From contig OY282375.1 of NCBI GenBank assembly GCA_958295825.1, positions 665,489 through 729,488 of the forward strand: DNA of 64,000 nucleotides. The letters run 5' to 3'. Both the position numbers and the translations under genes were made by a program. Within the stretch, counting starts at the first letter, position 1. The number at the start of each line of letters is the position of its first letter. Below are positions 1 through 8,178 of this stretch, piece by piece. A model generated the notes under the pieces. The model worked only from the letters and a program-made list of their open reading frames with translations, had not been told where the DNA came from and made no database searches. Source of the stretch: an uncultured Candidatus Entotheonella sp. GTDB taxonomy: Bacteria > Tectomicrobia > Entotheonellia > Entotheonellales > Entotheonellaceae.

Positions 1-1038
1 GCCGAGCACGGTATCCGGCAGCAGGTGCCCGATGATGTGCCGCGCCGCCACCGCGCACGGGCGCGGCGCGTTGAGGATGCAGCCCTCCGGGGCCGAGAAG
101 GTGATCGGCAGCAGCGAGCCGTAGTTGTTCGGAATGTCCGGCGCCACCGCGCACTTGACCCCGAAGCAGGTGTACGCCTTGGTGTAGTTGAGCACCACGT
201 TGATGCCGTGACTGCTCACCGGCGAGGTGCCGGCGTAGTCCACGTGGATGCCGCCGTTGCCCACCGTCAAGGCGGCGCGCAGCGTCACCGGCTCGTCGTA
301 GCCGTCCATGGTCAACTCGTTGCAATAGGTTCCCGGCTTGATGGCGCGGATGCGCTCGATGGTCGCCTGGCGCGAGTTCTCGAAAATGAACTCCGCCAGA
401 TCGTCGAGCTGCTCGATGTCGAACTCCGCCATCATGCTCTGCAGGCGATGGGCGCCGGTGTCGTTGGCAGCGGCGAAAGAGAAGATGTCGCCGACCACCT
501 GCTGCGGCTCGCGCACGTTGGCGCGGATGAGGTCGAGCAGGGTGGCGTTCGGTGCGCCGCGCCGAAACAGGTGCAGGATGGGAATGGTGACGCCTTCCTC
601 GAACACTTGGCGGGCGTCCGGCCCGAAGCCGCGCCCGCCGATGTCCACCACGTGGCAGGTGTTGGCGAACAGCCCGACCAGCCGGTCGCGGTAGAAAGTC
701 GGCGTCACCACCGTGATGTCGTGCAGGTGGCCGGAGGTGAACCACGGGTCGTTGGTGATGAACACGTCGCCGGGTTCCATGGTGTCCACCGGGTGCTTGG
801 CGATGAAATGCCCCACGCCCTCGGCCATGGAGTTGATGTGCCCCGGCGTGCCGGTGACGGCCTGCGCCAGCATGCGGCCCTGGCGGTCGAACACCCCGGC
901 GGCGAGGTCGCCGGCTTCCCGCACGCTGGTGGAAAAAGCGGTGCGCACCAGCGTCTGCGCCTGCTCTTCGACGACCGAGATCAGGCGGTTCCACATGATG
1001 TGCTGGTGGATGGTCGATAGCGAGGCGGTGTTGCTCAT
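1..1038 (-). CDS. hyuB: Hydantoinase B/oxoprolinase family protein (HyuB), 3' end runs off the window
   Basis: Minus-strand translation from the ATG at 1038 gives MSNTASLSTIHQHIMWNRLISVVEEQAQTLVRTAFSTSVREAGDLAAGVFD..., typical of the HyuB N-terminus. AAGGAA RBS 8 nt upstream. Not in the ORF track because it is open at the window edge. The + ORF 25-1020 is its antisense artefact. Confidence 0.75.
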   Translation of the reverse strand, partial: MSNTASLSTIHQHIMWNRLISVVEEQAQTLVRTAFSTSVREAGDLAAGVFDRQGRMLAQAVTGTPGHINSMAEGVGHFIAKHPVDTMEPGDVFITNDPWFTSGHLHDITVVTPTFYRDRLVGLFANTCHVVDIGGRGFGPDARQVFEEGVTIPILHLFRRGAPNATLLDLIRANVREPQQVVGDIFSFAAANDTGAHRLQSMMAEFDIEQLDDLAEFIFENSRQATIERIRAIKPGTYCNELTMDGYDEPVTLRAALTVGNGGIHVDYAGTSPVSSHGINVVLNYTKAYTCFGVKCAVAPDIPNNYGSLLPITFSAPEGCILNAPRPCAVAARHIIGHLLPDTVLG

Positions 1039-1052
1039 GGTTTGGTTCCTTA

Positions 1053-1373
1053 TCAACTGCCAGCCTTTACCAGGGTGCACGGCTCAAGCCGGGCCAGGCA
1101 TTCCAACACATCGGGCATCAAGGGCCGAAGCGCCCCGTAGGTGTTGTTCCGTGCGCTCAGCACCACAATAGCCAGCGGCAAGGCACTGAGCTTCTGCTGA
1201 TACTCGATATTCTGAGCAGCGGTGAGAAAGGCGTCGAACCTTCCGGCAGCAACTTGCAGAAGCTCGCCATTTTCCAAACCGGACCAACCGCACTGTGCCA
1301 CCGCGACGACCGCGTGCCCGGTGAAGTCACCTCTCAATCTGCGCGGCAACGACTCATCAAGCAGGATGCGCAT
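1053..1373 (-). CDS. DUF5615 (PIN-like) family protein, putative toxin of a DUF433/DUF5615 pair
   Basis: Within minus ORF 1053-1469. From the internal ATG: MRILLDESLPRRLRGDFTGHAVVAVAQCGWSGLENGELLQVAAGRFDAFLTAAQNI..., a DUF5615-like pattern. The start overlaps the upstream DUF433 stop in an ATGCGCAT...TGA arrangement. Confidence 0.5.
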   Translation of the reverse strand: MRILLDESLPRRLRGDFTGHAVVAVAQCGWSGLENGELLQVAAGRFDAFLTAAQNIEYQQKLSALPLAIVVLSARNNTYGALRPLMPDVLECLARLEPCTLVKAGS

Positions 1374-1575
1374 TCGCGCACAAGGCTCCTTGCGCCATCT
1401 CCAGAGTTGCGGTCGCCTTGGCGCGGTCCACTGAGGGAAAGTCGAGCAGGAACTGATCGAGGGTCTCACCCGTTTCCAGGTAATCGAACAGGTTTTTCAC
1501 GGGCACCCGGGTGCCGGCGAACACCGGTGCGCCGCCTTGGATTCGCGGGTCCTTACGGATAACGTCGTTTTTCAG
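1357..1575 (-). CDS. DUF433 domain protein, putative antitoxin partner
   Basis: Minus-strand translation LKNDVIRKDPRIQGGAPVFAGTRVPVKNLFDYLETGETLDQFLLDFPSVDRAKATATLEMAQGAL carries the DUF433 signature (IRKDP..GG.PVFAGTRVPV). No ATG is present, so a CTG/alternative start is assumed. The 5' end is uncertain. Confidence 0.45.
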   Translation of the reverse strand: MKNDVIRKDPRIQGGAPVFAGTRVPVKNLFDYLETGETLDQFLLDFPSVDRAKATATLEMAQGALCANAHPA

Positions 1576-1667
1576 CTTCCCTCTTCGCGCTCGCGGATTT
1601 CCCGAGGTTTATACTCCGGGGAGCTCCAACAAGAAACCATACACGAAAAATGGCGTGGGCAGGCCCA

Positions 1668-3785
1668 TTAATGCCTGTCCACAGCGTCTTGGGGCGCAAG
1701 ATGTTCAAGCACGAGGTAGTTGAGCGGGTGCACCTGGGCGCGAAACCGGCTGCTGACGACGGTGGCGGTGTCGTCTTCGACGATGACGGCTGGCCCGGTA
1801 AGCTGCGCCCCCGGCGGCAGGTCGCGGCGTTGATAAACCGGCGCGGTGAGCGGTTCTCCAGTCACCGTGTCGACGATGCGGCGCTGACCGCCGGACGGCG
1901 GGACAGCGACGGCCTGGGCCGGCTCGACGACGGGGGCGGGCGCTTCGTCGGCGGTGCTGACCAGCAGGACCCAGGTGAGAATTTCCACTTCGAGGTACGG
2001 GATGCTACGTTCGTAGAGGCGGCGGTACTCGCCCTCGAACGCCGCCAGCAGGACGGCCGGCGCGTTGGGCTCCAGGCGCGGGGTGTGAATGCGCACCGGC
2101 AACTCGACGCCCACCTCGTGGCCCTGGCCGACGTAGCGCATGAACGCCGTGCGGGTCTCGCTCAGCGGCCGGCCGGCGGCGCCGGCTTCGACTACGGCGA
2201 GCGCCTCGGCGCGCATGGCGTCCAGCAGGGCGTTGGCGGCGCCGACGTCGAGCGACGTCACGCGCTGGTAAAAGCTGCGGGTCACCTCGTACGACACCGG
2301 CGCCCGCAGAAAGCCGATGGCGGAGCCCACACCGGCCTCGGGCGGGATGACGACACGCCGCACGTTCAGCTTTTCCGCCAGCCGCGCGGCGTGTAGCGGG
2401 GCGGCGCCGCCAAAGGCGATGAGGGTGCGGTTTTCCACAATCCGGCCGCTTTCGATGGCGTGCACGCGCGAAGCGTTGGCCATGTTCTCGTCCACTATTT
2501 CGGACACCCCGAGGGCGGCCCCGCCGGCGTCGAGGTCCAACCGCTTGCCGACGCCGTGCAACAGGGCGTCAGCGGCTTTGTCGTGGTCCAGCACGATGCG
2601 CCCGCCGGCGAACTGCTGCGGGTCGATGCGCCCGAGAACAACGTCGGCATCGGTGACGGTCGGGTGCTCGCCGCCGCGGTCGTAGCAGGCCGGGCCGGGT
2701 TCCGAGCCGGCACTCTCCGGCCCCACGGCGACGCGCCCCAAGGCGTCCAGCGTGGCGATGGAGCCGCCGCCGGCGCCGATTTCGACCATCTGGATGACCG
2801 GAATGCGCAACGGGATGCCGCTGCCCTGCAGGAACCGGTAGACGCGCGCCACCTCGAAGCTGCGCGAGGTTTGCGGAGCGCCATCGTCGATCAGGCAGAT
2901 TTTGGCGGTGGTGCCGCCCATGTCGTAGGACAGCACGGCGTCCAGCCCGAGCTGGCGCGCGACGTGGCTGGCGAAGATGGCGCCGCCGGCCGGGCCGGAT
3001 TCGACCAGGCGGACGGGGAAGCGGACGGCGGTTTCGAGGGTCGTGATGCCGCCGCCGGACAGCATGAGATAGAGCGGGCAGCGCAGCCCGGCGTCGGCCA
3101 GTTGTTGTTGCAGGCCGCGCAGGTGGCGGCTCATCAGCGGCTGTACGTAGGCGTTGGCGCAGGCCGTCGAGATGCGCTCGTACTCGCGCATTTCGGGCGA
3201 CACCTCGCTGGACAGCGTGACTTCCAGGTCGGGTAGGGCGGCCAGCAGGATGTCGCGCGCCTGTTCTTCGTGGGCGGCGTTCATGTAGCTGTGCAGAAAG
3301 CCGATGGCGACGCTGCGCACGGCTTGCGAGCGCAGGCGGGGAATCAGGGCTGCGACGTCGGCCTCGGCCAGGGGCAGCAGCACCTCGCCGCGGGCGTTGA
3401 GGCGTTCGCGCACCGGCAGGCGCAGGCGGCGCGGCACCAGCGGGGTGGGCAGGTCGATGTCGAGGTCGTACTGCTCATAGCGGTTCTCGTTGCGCATCTC
3501 GATGACGTCACGGAAGCCCTCGGTGGTGACCAGCGCCGTTGCCGACCCCTTTTGCTCGATCAGCAAATTGGTGGCCAAGGTGGTGCCGTAAATCACCGTG
3601 GTGACGGCCTGCGGCTGCACGCCGGCGCGTTGCAGCACCTCGCGCACGCCCTGCAGCACGCCGTGTTCCGGCGCTTCGGGGGTGGTGAGCGTTTTGGCGG
3701 TGTGAAAGGCGCCGCCGATTTCCAGCGCCACGTCCGTGAACGTGCCGCCGATGTCCACCGCCAGCCTGATTTCTTCTGCCGCCAT
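1668..3785 (-). CDS. hyuA: Hydantoinase A / N-methylhydantoinase A / 5-oxoprolinase subunit
   Basis: 705-aa ORF. N-terminus MAAEEIRLAVDIGGTFTDVALE (the DxGGTFTD motif of the hydantoinase A family). Full-length family architecture. Confidence 0.9.
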   Translation of the reverse strand: MAAEEIRLAVDIGGTFTDVALEIGGAFHTAKTLTTPEAPEHGVLQGVREVLQRAGVQPQAVTTVIYGTTLATNLLIEQKGSATALVTTEGFRDVIEMRNENRYEQYDLDIDLPTPLVPRRLRLPVRERLNARGEVLLPLAEADVAALIPRLRSQAVRSVAIGFLHSYMNAAHEEQARDILLAALPDLEVTLSSEVSPEMREYERISTACANAYVQPLMSRHLRGLQQQLADAGLRCPLYLMLSGGGITTLETAVRFPVRLVESGPAGGAIFASHVARQLGLDAVLSYDMGGTTAKICLIDDGAPQTSRSFEVARVYRFLQGSGIPLRIPVIQMVEIGAGGGSIATLDALGRVAVGPESAGSEPGPACYDRGGEHPTVTDADVVLGRIDPQQFAGGRIVLDHDKAADALLHGVGKRLDLDAGGAALGVSEIVDENMANASRVHAIESGRIVENRTLIAFGGAAPLHAARLAEKLNVRRVVIPPEAGVGSAIGFLRAPVSYEVTRSFYQRVTSLDVGAANALLDAMRAEALAVVEAGAAGRPLSETRTAFMRYVGQGHEVGVELPVRIHTPRLEPNAPAVLLAAFEGEYRRLYERSIPYLEVEILTWVLLVSTADEAPAPVVEPAQAVAVPPSGGQRRIVDTVTGEPLTAPVYQRRDLPPGAQLTGPAVIVEDDTATVVSSRFRAQVHPLNYLVLEHLAPQDAVDRH

Positions 3786-3802
3786 AATTTGTACCTGTGG
3801 GA

Positions 3803-3997
3803 TCAGCCGATTTCGAGAAACAGCTTGCGGAGGACGGTAAACCGGTCGGCGGACTGGTTACGCAGCGCCCGTACGACAATGGCGCGCGCGGCGAACCACA
3901 GCAGCACCGAGCCGATGCCCAGCAACGTCAGCAGGGCGCCGACGCCGAAAAGCCATTTCAGAACGACGAATACGTCGTGTAAAGCCGCCAGAATCAT
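3803..3997 (-). CDS. Small membrane protein (2 predicted TM helices), hypothetical
   Basis: 64-aa ORF immediately upstream of hyuA with an ATG start and an AGAGGG RBS-like sequence. Hydrophobic segments LLTLLGIGSVLLWFAA. Could also be a chance ORF. Confidence 0.3.
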   Translation of the reverse strand: MILAALHDVFVVLKWLFGVGALLTLLGIGSVLLWFAARAIVVRALRNQSADRFTVLRKLFLEIG

Positions 3998-4025
3998 CGT
4001 CCCAACCCTCTAGCCGTAACGGCAA

Positions 4026-4574
4026 TCACCCGGCTGTGAAACGGTCCGTCTGCTGCAACAGGCGGTGAATGGCTGCCGCCTTGCGGCGCAGGTCGTCCGC
4101 CTCGCTTCTGCTTTGCGCCGACACGTCATACGTCAGGTCCGCAACGGCATGATAACGCTCGCGCCGTTCCGCCCACACCTGGGCAATTTCCGCTTCCGCG
4201 GACCCCTGTCCGGTGAGCGACGGCCGGTGGCTGTGGCGAGCAATACGAGCCGCCAGCACCGACAGGTCGCCGCAGACGAGCAGGACCACCACACTGCATT
4301 CTTTGAGGACCCGCTCGTTAGCCTCGTCGACCAGGGCGCCGCCGCCGACCGCGATGACGTGCTTGCGGAGCCGCGCGGCGGCCGCCACGACCTGGCGCTC
4401 CAGAGCGCGAAAATGCTCCCAGCCGTGCTGCGCCACGATGTCGTTGATGGACGTGCCGGCGCGGCGCACGATGTCCTTATCGGTGTCGCGGAAGCCGTAG
4501 CCCAGCAGGCGGGCGAGGACCCTGCCGAGGGCGCTTTTGCCGGTGCCGCGCAGGCCGGTCAGGACGACGTTCAC
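4026..4574 (-). CDS. aroK: Shikimate kinase
   Basis: N-terminal Walker A MNVVLTGLRGTGKSALGRVLA. Length of 182 aa and position downstream of aroA are typical. Confidence 0.85.
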   Translation of the reverse strand: MNVVLTGLRGTGKSALGRVLARLLGYGFRDTDKDIVRRAGTSINDIVAQHGWEHFRALERQVVAAAARLRKHVIAVGGGALVDEANERVLKECSVVVLLVCGDLSVLAARIARHSHRPSLTGQGSAEAEIAQVWAERRERYHAVADLTYDVSAQSRSEADDLRRKAAAIHRLLQQTDRFTAG

Positions 4575-4577
4575 GCC

Positions 4578-5867
4578 TCACACCTTCTCGACGGCGACGC
4601 CAAGGTGCTGCAGGTCATCCCAGAAGCCGGGGTAGGTCTTGGCGACGCAGCCCGGCTCGCGGATGCGGATACCCGGCAGGCGGGCGCCGGCCATGCCGAA
4701 GCACATGGCCATGCGGTGGTCGTCGTAGGTGTCGATTTCCGCGCCGTGCAGGGCCGCGGGGTTGCCGGCGATGCGCAGGCCGTCGGGCAATTCCGTCACC
4801 ACGGCGCCGATTTTGCGCAGTTCGGTGGCCAGGGCCCGAAGGCGGTCGGTTTCCTTGACGCGCAGGTTGGCGATGTTGCACAGGCGCGTTTCACCCGGGC
4901 AGAAGGCGGCGAGCACGGCGACCGTCATGGCGGCGTCGGGGAGGGCGTTGAGGTCGAGGTCGCCGAGCGGCCGTAGCTGCTGCGGCCCGGCAACGCGCCA
5001 CCCCTGGCGCCGCGACACGGTGCAGCCCATGCGCTCCAGCACTTGCAGGAAGCGCGTGTCGCCCTGTACCGAATCGGGCGGCACGTTGGTGACGCACATG
5101 GTTTGCCCGAGCAGGGCGGCGAGGCCCCAGAAATAGCTGGCCGCGGACGCATCGCCCTCGATGGCGTAGTCACGGGCCGCGTACGCCTGCCGGCCCGGAA
5201 TGCGAAACAGCCGGTAATCATCGTGCGCCACTTCGACGCCAAAGCGCGCCATGATGTCCAGGGTCAGGGCGACATAGGGCACCGACACCAGCGTGTCCTG
5301 CACCGCCAGCACCACGTCCTGCCGGGCGTACGGCGCCGCCATCAGCAGGGCCGACAGAAACTGGCTGCTGATGGCGCCCGAAACGGTGGCGTGGCCGCCT
5401 TGCAGGCGCGTGGCGCCGATGCGGACCGGCGGACAGCCGTTGCCGCGCACGCTGGCGACGTCGGCGCCAAGCTGGCCGAGGGCAGCGAGCAGGTCGGCGA
5501 TGGGGCGCTCCTGCATTCGCTCGTTGCCGGTAATCGTGACGGCGAATCCCGCCAGGGTCATCATGGCGGTCAGGAACCGGGTCGCGGTGCCGGAATTGCC
5601 GAGGCAGAGGGGGGCGCCGGGGTTGCTGAATCGCCCGCCCAAGCCGTGCACGGAGAAGGCGTCGCCGTCGTGCGCAACCTTGATCCCCAGACGTTCGAGG
5701 GCGGCGCGCGCAACACGTGTATCGTCGCTGATCAGGGCGCCGCGCAGGGTGCTCGCGCCGCGCGCCATGGCGGCGATGGTCAGAGCGCGGTTGGTATAGC
5801 TCTTGGAACCGGGAACGGCGTGTTCCGGCGCGATGCCGGGGGTTGGGATGACCTCGATGCGTTCCAT
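4578..5867 (-). CDS. aroA: 3-phosphoshikimate 1-carboxyvinyltransferase (EPSP synthase)
   Basis: 429 aa. KSYTNRALTIAAMARG and LGNSGTATRFLTA motifs typical of AroA. 4-nt gap to aroK. Confidence 0.9.
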   Translation of the reverse strand: MERIEVIPTPGIAPEHAVPGSKSYTNRALTIAAMARGASTLRGALISDDTRVARAALERLGIKVAHDGDAFSVHGLGGRFSNPGAPLCLGNSGTATRFLTAMMTLAGFAVTITGNERMQERPIADLLAALGQLGADVASVRGNGCPPVRIGATRLQGGHATVSGAISSQFLSALLMAAPYARQDVVLAVQDTLVSVPYVALTLDIMARFGVEVAHDDYRLFRIPGRQAYAARDYAIEGDASAASYFWGLAALLGQTMCVTNVPPDSVQGDTRFLQVLERMGCTVSRRQGWRVAGPQQLRPLGDLDLNALPDAAMTVAVLAAFCPGETRLCNIANLRVKETDRLRALATELRKIGAVVTELPDGLRIAGNPAALHGAEIDTYDDHRMAMCFGMAGARLPGIRIREPGCVAKTYPGFWDDLQHLGVAVEKV

Positions 5868-5968
5868 GCGCGGCTCGTTAGGATGACTCCGGGCGGGAAA
5901 CGATGCCGGAGCGGGGGAGGCAATTGTTCATCCTGCGCGCGGCAGGACGCTGGGATGCAGTAAGGGAA

Positions 5969-6045
5969 GGTACCCCCGAGACGATTCGAACGTCCGACAC
6001 ACGGCTCCGGAGGCCGTTGCTCTATCCATGCTGAGCTACGGGGGC
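5969..6045 (-). tRNA. tRNA-Arg (anticodon CCG)
   Basis: Minus-strand sequence GCCCCCG-TA-GCTC-AGCATGGATA-GAGC-A-ACGGC-CTCCGGA-GCCGT-GTGTC-GGACG-TTCGAAT-CGTCT-CGGGGGT-A-CC folds as a 77-nt cloverleaf. It has a 7-bp acceptor stem, a GTTCGAAT T-loop and an anticodon loop CT-CCG-GA. Confidence 0.8.
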
Positions 6046-6157
6046 ACGGCTGAACGAGGCCATACTATAACTGAGTTTGCAGGGACCGGACAACACCATT
6101 CTCTCAGCCTGGCAGCAGCGCAGACGTCAACGCCGCGGTCGTGCTATAGTTCGCCGC

Positions 6158-6766
6158 ATGCACGGCAATCCACAGAAAGACTCACGAGGCGTTTCGCCTT
6201 CCTTCAGCATAAAACAGAAGTTGCGTCCTGGCTGTTCGTGGTTTCGGCAGTGGCGCGGCTTGGCGCTTCTGGCTGTCATTGGGTTGACGGTTTGGGGCTG
6301 CGGTTACATGCTCATCGGTGCGCCGTCGGCCAGGCTCGACCAGCGGGTGGCCGTGGAGCCGTTCGCCAACGAAACGCGCGAACCCGGGGTGGAACATTAC
6401 GCCACCGCGGCGCTGCGCCAGGCGCTGATGCAGGGCCGCGGGTTCGTGCTGACCTCGGCAGCCGCGGCGCCGACGCGGGTACAGGGCCGCGTTCGCCGGT
6501 TGCGCGCCACGGCGCTGTCGTACGGCTCGAACGACAACGTGCTGGAGTACCGCCTTGAAGCCGACTTCCGCATCGTCGTGCTGAGCGGGGAGGAGCCGCA
6601 GCCGTTGCTGCAGCATGACATCCCGGCGCGGGCCGAGTATTTGGTGTCGCGCACCGGGGACGTGCGCGAGGAGGCCGTCGCGCGCGAGGCCGCCCTGGCC
6701 CTGCTGGCGCGGCAGTTTGCCGAGCGCTGCGCCGCCTGGCTGACCATCGCCTTGTTGGAAGAGTGA
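6158..6766 (+). CDS. lptE: LPS-assembly lipoprotein LptE-like
   Basis: Signal-peptide-like LALLAVIGLTVWGCGY with a Cys lipobox. Body ...ATALSYGSNDNVLEYRLEADFRIVV... resembles LptE. Stop overlaps holA start, the conserved lptE-holA arrangement. The true start may be a downstream TTG near 6221. Confidence 0.55.
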   Translation: MHGNPQKDSRGVSPSFSIKQKLRPGCSWFRQWRGLALLAVIGLTVWGCGYMLIGAPSARLDQRVAVEPFANETREPGVEHYATAALRQALMQGRGFVLTSAAAAPTRVQGRVRRLRATALSYGSNDNVLEYRLEADFRIVVLSGEEPQPLLQHDIPARAEYLVSRTGDVREEAVAREAALALLARQFAERCAAWLTIALLEE

Positions 6767-6770
6767 CCGC

Positions 6771-7778
6771 ATGCCGCGTCTTGCCATCGCCGAGCTCTGG
6801 CGTCGATTGGACCAGGGAACCATCGATCCGTTCTACCTCTTCTTTGGCCAGGAAGCCTACCTGATCCGCGAGTACACCGAGACCCTCACGGCCCGCATTC
6901 TCGGCGCCGCGCCACGCGACTTCAATTTCGACCGTTACGCCGTGACGGATCGCGACAGCCTCGCGGAGGCGCTGGGAACGGCCCGCACCCTGCCCGTCAT
7001 GGCGGTGCATCGCGTGGTGGTGGTGCAGGATTTACAGGCGTTGCGCAAGGCCGATTGGAAGCTGTTGGCAGGCTACGTGACGTCGCCTTCCGAGAGCACG
7101 GCGTTGATCGCCGGCAGCCGCGACAGCGAGCCGAAGAAGTTTCCCGATTTCGTGTGGAAGCACGCGGTGGCGGTGGCCTGCGCGCCGCTGGAGGGCGGCA
7201 ACCTGCGCGGCTGGGTGGCCAAGGCGATGTCGGCGGCGGGCTACCGCATGACCGACGAGGCGATTCGCGGCCTGTTGCAAGACCATGACCCCGACCTGCG
7301 AATTCTGGAGCGCGAGATCGAGAAGCTGTGCACCTACGTGGGCGAGCCGGGGGAGGTGAGCCTGGAGGACGTGCAGGCGGTGGGGCAGGCGTCGCGGCAG
7401 CATTCCCTTTTTGCGCTGTCCGACGCGCTCGGCGGCCGTCAGCCGGGGCCGGCGTTGCTGGAAATCGACCACCTGCTCAATCAGGGTGAGCCGCCGCTTG
7501 TCGTCATGAGCATGATCGTGCGGCACTTCCGCCTGCTGTGGAGCATCAAGCAACTCGGCGGCCAAGACCAGGACCGCTACCGTATCGCCAAGACGTTGCG
7601 CTTGCCGCCCAACGTGTGTCGCACTTTGATGGCGCAGAGCGGCGCCTTTTCCGCCGAGCGGCTGCAGGCATTGTACGGCGCGGCTTTGGAGGCGGATTTG
7701 ACGTTCAAGAGCACGAACAAACCCCCACGGGCCATTCTGGAGGGTTTGATTCTCCAGTTATGCGCGGGGGTTTACTAG
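6771..7778 (+). CDS. holA: DNA polymerase III delta subunit
   Basis: 335 aa. N-terminus ...DPFYLFFGQEAYLIREY... and length typical of HolA. Follows lptE. Confidence 0.85.
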   Translation: MPRLAIAELWRRLDQGTIDPFYLFFGQEAYLIREYTETLTARILGAAPRDFNFDRYAVTDRDSLAEALGTARTLPVMAVHRVVVVQDLQALRKADWKLLAGYVTSPSESTALIAGSRDSEPKKFPDFVWKHAVAVACAPLEGGNLRGWVAKAMSAAGYRMTDEAIRGLLQDHDPDLRILEREIEKLCTYVGEPGEVSLEDVQAVGQASRQHSLFALSDALGGRQPGPALLEIDHLLNQGEPPLVVMSMIVRHFRLLWSIKQLGGQDQDRYRIAKTLRLPPNVCRTLMAQSGAFSAERLQALYGAALEADLTFKSTNKPPRAILEGLILQLCAGVY

Positions 7779-8053
7779 GCGGACTGACTGGCGAGCGCCG
7801 CCACCTTGCGGGTGAGGCGGGAGATGCGCCGGGAAGCCTGGTTCCTGTGGATAATGCCCTTGGTGGTGGCTTTGCCCAAGGCGCGAACCGCAGCGGGAAG
7901 CTCGGCTTGAGCGGTGGGAACGTCGTTGTGCGCGACGGCCGAGGTGACGCGCCGGATGGCGGTGCGAAGGGCCGAGCGCAGCATGGTGTTACGCTCGTTG
8001 CGCTTTTTGTTCTGGCGGTTGCGTTTCAGTGCTGAGGGATGACGATTGGCCAT
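7775..8053 (-). CDS. rpsT: 30S ribosomal protein S20
   Basis: 92 aa, MANRHPSALKRNRQNKKRNERNTMLRSALRTAIRRV...KGIIHRNQASRRISRLTRKVAAL, the S20 pattern. Confidence 0.9.
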   Translation of the reverse strand: MANRHPSALKRNRQNKKRNERNTMLRSALRTAIRRVTSAVAHNDVPTAQAELPAAVRALGKATTKGIIHRNQASRRISRLTRKVAALASQSA

Positions 8054-8178
8054 AAATGAAGTCTCCTTTTGGTGGGCGGGCAGTATAGCAATTCGAGTTT
8101 CTGATTTCCAGTTTTTAGTTTCTGGTTTTTAGTGAACCCGCTTTTAGTGGAAAGAGGTTCAGGGATAAAGGGCGCATC

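Noticed and set aside
25-1020. 331-aa + strand ORF at the window start
   Set aside because: It is the antisense frame of the hyuB gene. The minus-strand translation gives a clean hydantoinase B N-terminus with an RBS. The + ORF has arginine/alanine-rich GC-driven composition and no family resemblance.
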